Origin: Gammaproteobacteria bacterium
Lineage (GTDB): Bacteria; Pseudomonadota; Gammaproteobacteria; JBIOEC01
Direction: 5' to 3'
NCBI GenBank assembly: GCA_965279305.1
Contig: OZ257143.1
Span: 1,410,001 to 1,442,000, forward strand
Length of the DNA stretch: 32,000 nt
The notes beneath the pieces are model-generated. The model had not been told where the DNA came from and made no database searches. It saw only the letters and a list, made by a program, of their open reading frames with translations. Numbering within the stretch: the stretch's first letter is position 1; each line of letters starts with the position of its first letter. Below, in pieces: positions 1-7,843 of this stretch. Made by a program: the position numbers and the translations under genes.

Positions 1-769
1 ACTCAGCATGCGTAATGCCTTGAGAGCCTTCTACAATATTGGCTGCATCTTGGCCTGTGGCTAAATAAAGCGCTAGTAATATATTCGCAAAATGAGCGTT
101 AGCGGTGCGTAGAGCACCAGCATTAATGCTACCTATAAAATTCTTTTTAATATTGAGATCGACTATTTTAGCCGGTGTGGTATGTAATACATCAATAATG
201 ATTTTTTCAGGAATAATGATTTCAGCAATCACATTTTTTCCACGTCCTAAAATACCATTAACAGCACTGGCTTTTTTGTCTGTGCAATAGTTTCCGGATA
301 ACGATACATAAGATAATTCAGGATATTCTTTTAGGATCCAATGCACTAAATGCTCGCTGGCTTTTGTGGTCATATTGTGACCAGATGCATCGCCTGTGCT
401 AAACGCAAATCGCAAAAAAAGTAGATTAGCGGTAATTTGGGAATGGAATTCTAGTAAGGTGGCATAGCGGCTAGATTCTTTTACGATTTTATCGAGTTCG
501 GTGCGGCGTTCTTGTAGTTTTTTCAAACATTCAGCTGCTTTAATCGCGCTAGGTGCTTCAAGTAATACTGAGCGGGTCATTCGGTCATCGATAATAACGG
601 CACTAATCCCTCCGGCTAAACGGGATACTTTGGCGCCTCGGTTGGTCGATGGCCATAATGTGGTTTCATAAGTGGCCAGGGGAACTAGCACTTCGTCGTT
701 CACTTCGGAGCCTAGGATTTTGATAGGCCCGATGGTATTTAATGGAATATTGGCTGTTTTTGTAGACAT
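1..769 (-). CDS. Hydroxymethylglutaryl-CoA reductase (class I type), N-terminal ~256 codons; the 3' end runs off the left edge of the window
   Basis: Absent from the supplied ORF track because the window edge truncates it. The reverse complement from the ATG at 769..767 reads MSTKTANIPLNTIGPIKILGSE...LATYETTLWPSTNRGAKV...FSTGDASGHNMTTKA...SGNYCTDKKASAVNGILGRGKNV...LATGQDAANIVEGSQG with no stop down to position 1. These match conserved HMGR motifs (TTNRG, DAxGxNM, GNYCxDKK, GQDxAxxVE). It is divergently arranged with mevalonate kinase. Confidence 0.85.
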   Translation of the reverse strand, partial: MSTKTANIPLNTIGPIKILGSEVNDEVLVPLATYETTLWPSTNRGAKVSRLAGGISAVIIDDRMTRSVLLEAPSAIKAAECLKKLQERRTELDKIVKESSRYATLLEFHSQITANLLFLRFAFSTGDASGHNMTTKASEHLVHWILKEYPELSYVSLSGNYCTDKKASAVNGILGRGKNVIAEIIIPEKIIIDVLHTTPAKIVDLNIKKNFIGSINAGALRTANAHFANILLALYLATGQDAANIVEGSQGITHAE

Positions 770-857
770 AAAATATAGCCCCATGGGGCCTGTTTTGGCT
801 GAAAAATTAAGGCTTAAGTATATGCTAATTAGCTAAGAAAGGCTATCATAGTGCCCT

Positions 858-1865
858 ATGTTACAAGTCACTATTCCAGGTAAATTAATTATTTCAGGAG
901 AACATGCGGTTCTCTACGGTAGCCCCGCTTTGGCGGCGGCTATAGAACGTTGCGTGCAGGTTAGGCTTGCCCCTTCCGATTCTACTGTGGAACTGGCTTT
1001 AGCTGAATATCAAACCCCAGTAATGAGCTTGAGCTTAGAGGATTTTTGGAAGCAGTTTGAGGTATTAGAGTCTCATTATCGTGAATTTCTTCAAGGGGAT
1101 AGGGCGGTAGGGGCTATTACCACCCGCTTATATGATTTACCGCTTTATGCCTTGGGCGTTTTTTTGAGATATAGCGGGATCTCTTTGGATAAGGGCGTGC
1201 GACTCATTATTAGCGGCGATTTGCCCATGGGTTATGGTTTGGGATCATCCGCAGCCGTAGTGGTGGGCATATTACGTATTGCTAGCCAGTATTTTCAACA
1301 TCCTCTTTCTTTACAAGAATTATTAACTTTGGCTAAACAAGTGGAAAACTTACAGCACGGATTATCGAGTGGTATTGACCCTAGTGTTTGTTTATATGAA
1401 GGGGTTTTGCTGTATACCATGAGTGCTATTCAGCCTCGTTCATTAGACCCTTGGCCTGCTTATTTAATTAATACGGGACAACCTGCTAGCAGTACAGGGG
1501 AATGTGTTGAGCAGGTGAAAGCACGAGCTTTTCCGGCTTCTTTTTGGGTACAATTTACTGAAACTACGTTGATGTGTGATGAGGCATTGAAACGACAAGA
1601 TCCCTTGCAATTACGACAAGCCATTACTCAAAATCATCGATTATTATGTGAGATTGGGGTAGTGCCCGAACGTATTCAATTATTTATTAAAGAAATAGAA
1701 GCATTGGGTGGTGCAGCGAAAATTTGTGGGGCAGGGTGTGTGAAAGGCGATAACGCAGGTTTTTTATTATTATTGCCTGGCGATCATTTGGAAAAAATCG
1801 AAGCGCTTACACATGATGTTGGTTTTACAATGGAACGTACCCAGCTAGGTGTTAAGATCAACTAG
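858..1865 (+). CDS. mvk: Mevalonate kinase (GHMP kinase family)
   Basis: 335-aa ORF. It has the N-terminal GKLIISGEHAVLYG motif and the GHMP ATP-binding motif PMGYGLGSSAAVVVG, with KICGAG near the C-terminus. It lies next to HMG-CoA reductase. Confidence 0.9.
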   Translation: MLQVTIPGKLIISGEHAVLYGSPALAAAIERCVQVRLAPSDSTVELALAEYQTPVMSLSLEDFWKQFEVLESHYREFLQGDRAVGAITTRLYDLPLYALGVFLRYSGISLDKGVRLIISGDLPMGYGLGSSAAVVVGILRIASQYFQHPLSLQELLTLAKQVENLQHGLSSGIDPSVCLYEGVLLYTMSAIQPRSLDPWPAYLINTGQPASSTGECVEQVKARAFPASFWVQFTETTLMCDEALKRQDPLQLRQAITQNHRLLCEIGVVPERIQLFIKEIEALGGAAKICGAGCVKGDNAGFLLLLPGDHLEKIEALTHDVGFTMERTQLGVKIN

Positions 1866-2238
1866 ATTTTTCTATTATCAAAGCGACGACGACGGGCCTA
1901 CCTTCTGCCACTAAAAGATTAAACGTGTGACAAGCGGCTTGTGTGGTCATTATTTCTACACCTATATGTTGTTGATAAAAAGGTTTGAGTAGAGCTTGAG
2001 AAGGGAATATATGTTTTTCACCTACGCCTAGTAGAACCACTTGAGGTTTTAGTTCAAGAATAGGTGTCAGATCATCTAATGTTATGTCATTAAGATGTTG
2101 CGGTCTCCAATCTGGGATCAATTGATTGGCGCTGAGAATAAGACTTTTTGTATATTCGATTTCATTGACGGTGATGCTGGTCGATGAGCACCGTCTGATC
2201 GTGTAAGATGTATTGGATGAATCGGGAGTAATTTCCAT
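1858..2238 (-). CDS. Small Mth938-like / DUF498-type protein, function unknown
   Basis: The track ORF 1858..2256 begins at a TTG and the first ATG is at 2238, so the start is uncertain. ...LKPQVVLLGVGEKHIFPSQ...GVEIMTTQAACHTFNLLVAEGRPVVVALI resembles the Mth938-like fold family, recalled from memory and not searched. Its 3' end overlaps the mvk stop by 8 nt, convergently. Confidence 0.55.
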   Translation of the reverse strand: MEITPDSSNTSYTIRRCSSTSITVNEIEYTKSLILSANQLIPDWRPQHLNDITLDDLTPILELKPQVVLLGVGEKHIFPSQALLKPFYQQHIGVEIMTTQAACHTFNLLVAEGRPVVVALIIEKSS

Positions 2239-2279
2239 AACTGTATTATAATGCAAATGGAATAATAAGGATATTAGGC

Positions 2280-3833
2280 ATGCATTCGAATAATAGATTG
2301 GCCAAGTTTGTAGCTGCTTTTGCGAGCACCACTTTTATTTCCCGCTTGGTGGGTTTTTGGCGAGATGTGGTAGTGGCCAGTGTTTTTGGTGCGGGCGCTT
2401 ATTACGATGCTTTTTTAGTGGCATTTAAAATTCCTAATTTTTTACGCCGTCTTTCCGCTGAAGGTGCTTTTTCTCAAGCCTTTGTTCCACTTTTATCCGA
2501 ATATCAAACACGTGGGAATCACGAAGAAATTCAAGTACTGATTGATAAAGTGGCAGGTTCGTTAGCTTTTGTTTTATTTTGGGTCACTTTAGCGGGTGTT
2601 CTTGCAGCACCTTTTTTAATTTATATCTTTGCTCCTGGTTTTCAAGATGACACTACGCGTTGGGAGCTTTCAGTGGTGATGTTGCGGATCACTTTTCCTT
2701 ATTTATTTTTTATTTCTTTAACCGCTTTGGCTAGCAGTATATTAAATACTTACGGTAAATTTGCTGTGCCTGGTTTTACTCCGGTATGGTTAAATTTAAT
2801 TATGATTGCAGGTGCTCTTTATGCGGCGCCTTATTTTGATGAACCCATTTTAGCATTGGCGTGGAGTGTGTTTATAGCCGGCATAGTACAGTTACTTTTT
2901 CAGTTGCCGTTTTTATGGAAGTTGCGTGTATTTCCTCGTTTTCGCTGGGGATTTAATGATCCGGGAGTGAAGCGATTATTGGTAATGATGACGCCAATTA
3001 TGTTTGGTGCATCCGTTGCACAAGTCAATTTATTATTAGGAACTTTATTTGCTTCATTTCTACCGGCAGGTAGCCTATCATGGTTATACTTTGCTGAGCG
3101 TTTAATGGAATTTCCCTTAGGCATTTTTGGTGTTGCTTTAGCAACGGCGATATTGCCTGAACTTTCTCGTGAACATGCGGCGCAAAAACCTAAACAGTAT
3201 TCAGCTACTTTAGATTGGTCGATACGCAATATTTGTATTATTGGTTTACCTGCCGCGATTGGTTTAGGTGTGTTAGCTGAACCATTAATTACGACATTGT
3301 TTCATTATGGTGAGTTTACGATTAAAGATGTGTACGCTGTGGTTCCTGCTTTAGAAGCATTAGCGATTGGTGTATGGGCTTTTATGTTGGTTAAAATTTT
3401 AGCAGGTGCATTTTATGCTAAGCAAAATGTACGTACGCCGGTGCGAGTAGCCGTGTTTGCTGTAGTGATTAATATTATACTAAACTTATTATTGATGCCT
3501 AGCTTGGCGCATGTAGGTTTGGCCTTAGCAACAGTGCTTTCTGCTTTATTTAATGCCTTCACATTGCTAGTATTATTATGGTATCGTGGTCACTATAATC
3601 CTATGGATGGTTGGTTGAAGTTTAGTGTGCAATTATTGATCGCTTTAGGAATAATGTTGTTTTTCTTATGGTGGGGAATGGGTGAGTTAGCAGATTGGGT
3701 AAACAGAGTTTGGTGGGAGCGTTTGGGTTACCTACTAAGCTTAATTACAGGTGCTGTTGTTATTTATTTTGCCACTTTGCATATAAGTGGTTTGCGGGTA
3801 CAGCAAATGCTTCGTCCACAAAAAGTAGAATAA
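2280..3833 (+). CDS. murJ: Lipid II flippase MurJ (MviN)
   Basis: 517 aa and polytopic. The N-terminus is the typical MurJ signature, ...SRLVGFWRDVVVASVFGAGAYYDAFLVAFKIPNFLRRLSAEGAFSQAFVPLLSEY, followed by about 14 hydrophobic segments. Confidence 0.95.
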   Translation: MHSNNRLAKFVAAFASTTFISRLVGFWRDVVVASVFGAGAYYDAFLVAFKIPNFLRRLSAEGAFSQAFVPLLSEYQTRGNHEEIQVLIDKVAGSLAFVLFWVTLAGVLAAPFLIYIFAPGFQDDTTRWELSVVMLRITFPYLFFISLTALASSILNTYGKFAVPGFTPVWLNLIMIAGALYAAPYFDEPILALAWSVFIAGIVQLLFQLPFLWKLRVFPRFRWGFNDPGVKRLLVMMTPIMFGASVAQVNLLLGTLFASFLPAGSLSWLYFAERLMEFPLGIFGVALATAILPELSREHAAQKPKQYSATLDWSIRNICIIGLPAAIGLGVLAEPLITTLFHYGEFTIKDVYAVVPALEALAIGVWAFMLVKILAGAFYAKQNVRTPVRVAVFAVVINIILNLLLMPSLAHVGLALATVLSALFNAFTLLVLLWYRGHYNPMDGWLKFSVQLLIALGIMLFFLWWGMGELADWVNRVWWERLGYLLSLITGAVVIYFATLHISGLRVQQMLRPQKVE

Positions 3834-3862
3834 GCTTTTGTTTGCAAAACAGGGACTGTCTC

Positions 3863-4642
3863 ATGCAAAGTAAGTTTTTTATTACTATCATTTCGTTTTC
3901 TTTATTTTTATTTTCTCCTTTTTTGCGTGCAGAATCACTATTTCAACAAGCTTTACAAAATGGACACATAGAGTTAAAGGGATCAATAGGTGGTGGCTGG
4001 CTGTCGGCTGATGATACTAGTTTGCACGTTACTAATACTGAAACAGATAGACTGACTTTTGATAATGCCGATGCTTTGTTTGTTTCTTTAGGCTTAGCTT
4101 ATGCTTATCCTTTAAATTATCGATTTTGGGAAACGTGGAGATGGTTTCCTGAGATTACGGCAAGTTTTGATGTGACAGAGCAATTTGAAACTACATTAGA
4201 TGGTGATGTTGATTTGTACGGTGCTGATTATCTTTTTCCTGGTTATGATTCTAAAACGGATGTTTCTAATACGAATTTGATGGCAAATTTAAGTTTGGAT
4301 GTTTTGAAGTATAAGGATTTGTCATTTTTTATTATAGGTGGAATAGGAGCTGCATGGACGGATATTTCTTATGCAGAAACACCTGATCCTGGTGTTGATC
4401 GAGGAAATATTACCCTGGATAGTAAAGCCAGTGTTACCTTTGCTATTCAAGTAGGCGGAGGCATAGGTTATCAATTGGCTCCTGATCTGAATGTGACAGT
4501 GACGTATCTTTACACAGATTTGGGATCACCCGAAACCGGTGATATGGGGAAAATAAACGGAATTCCTCATCCTGATGTTGAACCAATAACAATTAATCTA
4601 ATACAGCAGAGTATATTGTTGGGGTTGGAGTATGCATTCTAA
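3863..4642 (+). CDS. Small outer-membrane beta-barrel protein (OmpW/Opa-like OMP_b-brl type), 259 aa
   Basis: Track ORF 3695..4642 overlaps murJ. The in-frame ATG at 3863 gives a Sec signal peptide, MQSKFFITIISFSLFLFSPFLRA|ES. The sequence has alternating amphipathic strands (VTFAIQVGGGIGYQLAPDLNVTVTYLYTDLG) and ends in LLGLEYAF, a terminal aromatic residue typical of a BAM beta-signal. Its stop overlaps the start of the next gene. Confidence 0.75.
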   Translation: MQSKFFITIISFSLFLFSPFLRAESLFQQALQNGHIELKGSIGGGWLSADDTSLHVTNTETDRLTFDNADALFVSLGLAYAYPLNYRFWETWRWFPEITASFDVTEQFETTLDGDVDLYGADYLFPGYDSKTDVSNTNLMANLSLDVLKYKDLSFFIIGGIGAAWTDISYAETPDPGVDRGNITLDSKASVTFAIQVGGGIGYQLAPDLNVTVTYLYTDLGSPETGDMGKINGIPHPDVEPITINLIQQSILLGLEYAF

Positions 4643-7600
4643 AATAATGCATATTTTAGCTATTTTTTTTTCTCTACTTTCCACAAGTATAAATCTGGTT
4701 TTTGCAGACTCTACTACATTCGTAGAACCGCTAGCTTTCGTTCCACCATTACCCACTATTCCTTCCGATATAGGTGTGGGAGATTCAGTTCAAGTCACCT
4801 ACACTATTGTTAATAATGTGCCTACTACTTATTTACCTATCAGTACAGAAATTTTGGATTCGCATGATGTTCCTATCGACACGGTTATTACTCGGATCAA
4901 TATTGGCGTAGGTAATGATTGTGGACCGCAAGGTAATTTATTAAAACCCCTTGCTGAATGTAGTATTACTTTATCAATCGATCCTGTAGTGCCTGGTGCT
5001 CAAAGTTATACTTTGTCTATAGACTATGATGGACGTGATAATTTACTTTCACCTATTTCTTTTAATGGCGGTGCATTATCTGATTTTGTGTATGTGACGA
5101 ATAATACGGATGATACCGTAAGTGTTTGTGCAGAAGGTGCAGCCGGTGCTTTGGAGAGTTGTGCTACGGCGAGCACAGGTGTTAGCTTGAGTGGTCCTAC
5201 TGGAATTGCTATTCAAACTATTCCTGCTGTTACGGGCACAGCTTATGCTTATATTGTTAATGAAACCGCTCAAACGGTAACTCAATGTCCTATTGATACC
5301 AGCACTGGCGAATTTGTATCAGGAAGTTGTATCATAGCAACATCAGGATTATCTTCACCGGTGGGAATTGCTTTTCAGTCGTTTTCGGGAGATTTATATG
5401 CTTATATTACAGACTCTAATGTTTCAACACCGGGGGTAACTAAATGTGCGGTTAGTCAATCCAATGGAACATTCAGCGGGTGTGTTTTAGAAACTTCATC
5501 ACCTTTTAATGATCCGCATGGTATTACTGTTCGAACTATCAATAGCAGTGATTATGCTTATGTGACCAATGAAGCAACAGGAAGTGTGTCGCAATGTAGC
5601 ATAGATGTAAGTACAGGTGTTTTAGAAGGATGTTTTGATTCTGGAGCTGGAGATGTTTTTGATACGCCCGAAAATATTGCCTTTTTTACTTCAAATGCAC
5701 TGTATGCGTATGTGACTGATGCGGGCAGCTCAACACCTGGAGTCTGGCAATGCAATGTAAATACAACCACAGGAACCTTAAGCAGTTGTGTTCGTACTAC
5801 GGGTTTTACAGCGCCTAATGGAATTGCGTTTTCAACATTTGGTGGAACAAATTATGCGTATGTGACAAACGCAACAGGAGATCAAGTATCTCGATGTGCT
5901 GTTTCTCCTTCTAACGGAAATTTGGGAAGTTGTGTTTTTACTAGTGTCGGCATCACCATTTCGAATCCTACTGGAATTGCTGCATTTCAAGCAGGAGGCA
6001 ATCGTTATATTTATCCAGTAAATACCGATGGTAGTATTTTTCAATGTAGAGAAACCACATCGACAGGACAACTCTATTGTATTGATTCGGGGTTAGGAAC
6101 GGAATTTACTGCTCCGCAAGATTTAACTTTTCAAACGGTTAGCGGTAGTACTTATGCTTATGTCACCGATCCTAGCGTTCATACTATATTTCAGTGTAAT
6201 GTAAATTCGGGAACTGGGGGATTATCGGGTTGTGTCAATGCGGGCCCACTCGGATTTTCCGCTCCTTTTGATGTGGCATTTGGTACTGTTACTTCTACGC
6301 TTTATGCTTATGTTTCAGATGTTGCTTACGGTACTATTTTTAGATGTGATGTAACATTGACAGCGGGTGGTGGTCTTGTTGTGGGCGAATTATGTAATTG
6401 TACGGATGCGGATCAAAATATTGTTTCACCTCCTTATGTTGAACCTACGGGAATATCTTTCCAAACCTTTAGCGGTACAAATTTTATTTACACGGTGGAT
6501 CAAACTAATAATGCTGCTTATCGTTGTACTTTAAATAGTTCAGGTTTATTTACTGCCTGCTCTAATTTAAGTGTGGGGGGATTAAGCGATCCACAATCGA
6601 TTGGTTTTCAATCTGTGGGTGGAAATATCTATGCGTATATTCCTAATCATGGCGCTCAAACGGTTACCGTGTGTTTAGTTAATACTACAACGGGTGCATT
6701 GGGTTCGTGTTCTACTAGCAGCAGTTTAGGAGCAGTGCCTAATTCCATTACTTTTGATACGTTGAGTGGAACTACTTATGCTTATATCACCATGAATACG
6801 GGTTTGGTGGAACAATGTACCTTGAATTCTTCCACAGGATTATTAACGAGTTGTACTTCCTCGTTTGGTAATCCGATTAGTGTTGCCTTTAAAACGATTA
6901 CAGGGCCTCAGACATTGATGTATATCTTGCAAAGTGGTGGCAATGGGCTTGAAATTTGTGATGTCAGTTCAGGTGGCTTGGTTACTGCTTGTGAAGATTC
7001 CGGCACAGCATTTTCTTTTTCATTTCCTTATGTGCCTACTTCTCTAAGTTTTGGACCTGCAGTGGGTGGTGGACCTTTTGCTTATGTGACTAATGCACAA
7101 AGCACAGGTAGTGTGAGCGTATGTACTTGGAATGCAACAACAGGAGCCGTTTCAGCCTGTGCTGATTCTGGAGCTTCATTTAGTTTTGGAACACCGACCA
7201 GCATTTCCTTTGATCTGGTGGCCAGTGTTCTTTATGCGTATGTAGTGGATGAAGCAGGGGATAGAGTTATTAAATGTACCGTCAATCAGCCTGACGGAAA
7301 ATTAAGTAGTTGTGCAGCAGTATCGGTTTCTACTTTTGTACAACCTGAAGGTATTGCCTTCAGTGGTGATCAAGCTTATATCACGGATGCAGGAACCGAT
7401 CAGGTAGTTATTTGTACTCAAGGGACGAGTGGGTCATTAACAGTGTGCGCTAATTCTAGTGTGGGTGCTATTTTTTCTGAGCCTAATGCGATTGCTTTTT
7501 CTCTGGCTGACGTATCAGGTGCGCCTAATGCGTATGTGACTAATGATACGGGAGTAGCGACACAATGTATTATTGATGTTTCTAGCGGATTATTTTCATC

Positions 7601-7820
7601 TTGCTCTAATTCAGATGCAACAGGTATCGCGGATCCGAGTGGTATTGCATTTGAATCGGTGGAAGGTTCGACTTATGGTTATATTAGCAAAAGCACGGCC
7701 AATTCTGTGCAGAAATGCTTGTTTAATACGAGTACGGGAAAAATGAGTGGATGTGTAGATTCTGGTGCTGGGGCCATTTTTGCAGGTGCGGCTGGAATTG
7801 CATTTTTAAATCCGGGTTAA
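4632..7820 (+). CDS. Paralog 1 (1062 aa): secreted Cys-paired 18-unit beta-propeller-repeat protein with an N-terminal beta-sandwich-like domain; function unknown
   Basis: Long uninterrupted ORF. Signal peptide MHSKIMHILAIFFSLLSTSINLVFA|DS; the alternative ATG at 4647 lacks a basic n-region. The N-terminal domain spans about aa 30-150, followed by 18 YAYVTN...C...C...P.GIAF units. It ends ...GIAFLNPG. Confidence 0.9.
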   Translation: MHSKIMHILAIFFSLLSTSINLVFADSTTFVEPLAFVPPLPTIPSDIGVGDSVQVTYTIVNNVPTTYLPISTEILDSHDVPIDTVITRINIGVGNDCGPQGNLLKPLAECSITLSIDPVVPGAQSYTLSIDYDGRDNLLSPISFNGGALSDFVYVTNNTDDTVSVCAEGAAGALESCATASTGVSLSGPTGIAIQTIPAVTGTAYAYIVNETAQTVTQCPIDTSTGEFVSGSCIIATSGLSSPVGIAFQSFSGDLYAYITDSNVSTPGVTKCAVSQSNGTFSGCVLETSSPFNDPHGITVRTINSSDYAYVTNEATGSVSQCSIDVSTGVLEGCFDSGAGDVFDTPENIAFFTSNALYAYVTDAGSSTPGVWQCNVNTTTGTLSSCVRTTGFTAPNGIAFSTFGGTNYAYVTNATGDQVSRCAVSPSNGNLGSCVFTSVGITISNPTGIAAFQAGGNRYIYPVNTDGSIFQCRETTSTGQLYCIDSGLGTEFTAPQDLTFQTVSGSTYAYVTDPSVHTIFQCNVNSGTGGLSGCVNAGPLGFSAPFDVAFGTVTSTLYAYVSDVAYGTIFRCDVTLTAGGGLVVGELCNCTDADQNIVSPPYVEPTGISFQTFSGTNFIYTVDQTNNAAYRCTLNSSGLFTACSNLSVGGLSDPQSIGFQSVGGNIYAYIPNHGAQTVTVCLVNTTTGALGSCSTSSSLGAVPNSITFDTLSGTTYAYITMNTGLVEQCTLNSSTGLLTSCTSSFGNPISVAFKTITGPQTLMYILQSGGNGLEICDVSSGGLVTACEDSGTAFSFSFPYVPTSLSFGPAVGGGPFAYVTNAQSTGSVSVCTWNATTGAVSACADSGASFSFGTPTSISFDLVASVLYAYVVDEAGDRVIKCTVNQPDGKLSSCAAVSVSTFVQPEGIAFSGDQAYITDAGTDQVVICTQGTSGSLTVCANSSVGAIFSEPNAIAFSLADVSGAPNAYVTNDTGVATQCIIDVSSGLFSSCSNSDATGIADPSGIAFESVEGSTYGYISKSTANSVQKCLFNTSTGKMSGCVDSGAGAIFAGAAGIAFLNPG
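5082..7817 (+). repeat. Intragenic array of 18 ~50-aa (about 150-nt) blade-like units in paralog 1
   Basis: Units were delimited by hand from DFVYVTNNTDDTVSVC... to ...YGYISKSTANSVQKCLFNTSTGKMSGCVDSGAGAIFAGAAGIAFLNPG. The periodicity is at protein level and the DNA copies are diverged. Confidence 0.85.
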
Positions 7821-7843
7821 CGAGTAAAAGTTTGTATATTAAT

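Noticed and set aside
105-290. 61-aa + strand ORF at the left edge.
   Set aside because: It lies antisense to the clearly coding HMG-CoA reductase frame, which carries the GNYCTDKK and GQDAAN motifs on the minus strand. It is a shadow ORF.
2900-3229. 109-aa minus-strand ORF inside murJ.
   Set aside because: It is nested antisense in a confident polytopic MurJ ORF and has no independent signals.
3695-3862. The 5' extension of the OM-barrel ORF (track start 3695), which overlaps the last 139 nt of murJ.
   Set aside because: The extension translates to a non-signal, Cys/Arg-rich peptide (MGKQSLVGAFGLPTKLNYRCCCYLF...). The in-frame ATG at 3863 gives a canonical signal peptide just after the murJ stop.
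4663-4671. A T9 homopolymer in the signal-peptide coding region of paralog 1 (ATT TTT TTT TCT), as a possible slipped-strand phase-variation switch.
   Set aside because: The other five paralogs have no comparable tract at the equivalent position. A 9-nt T run encoding Phe-Phe in an AT-rich genome is unremarkable. This would need population sequencing to revisit.
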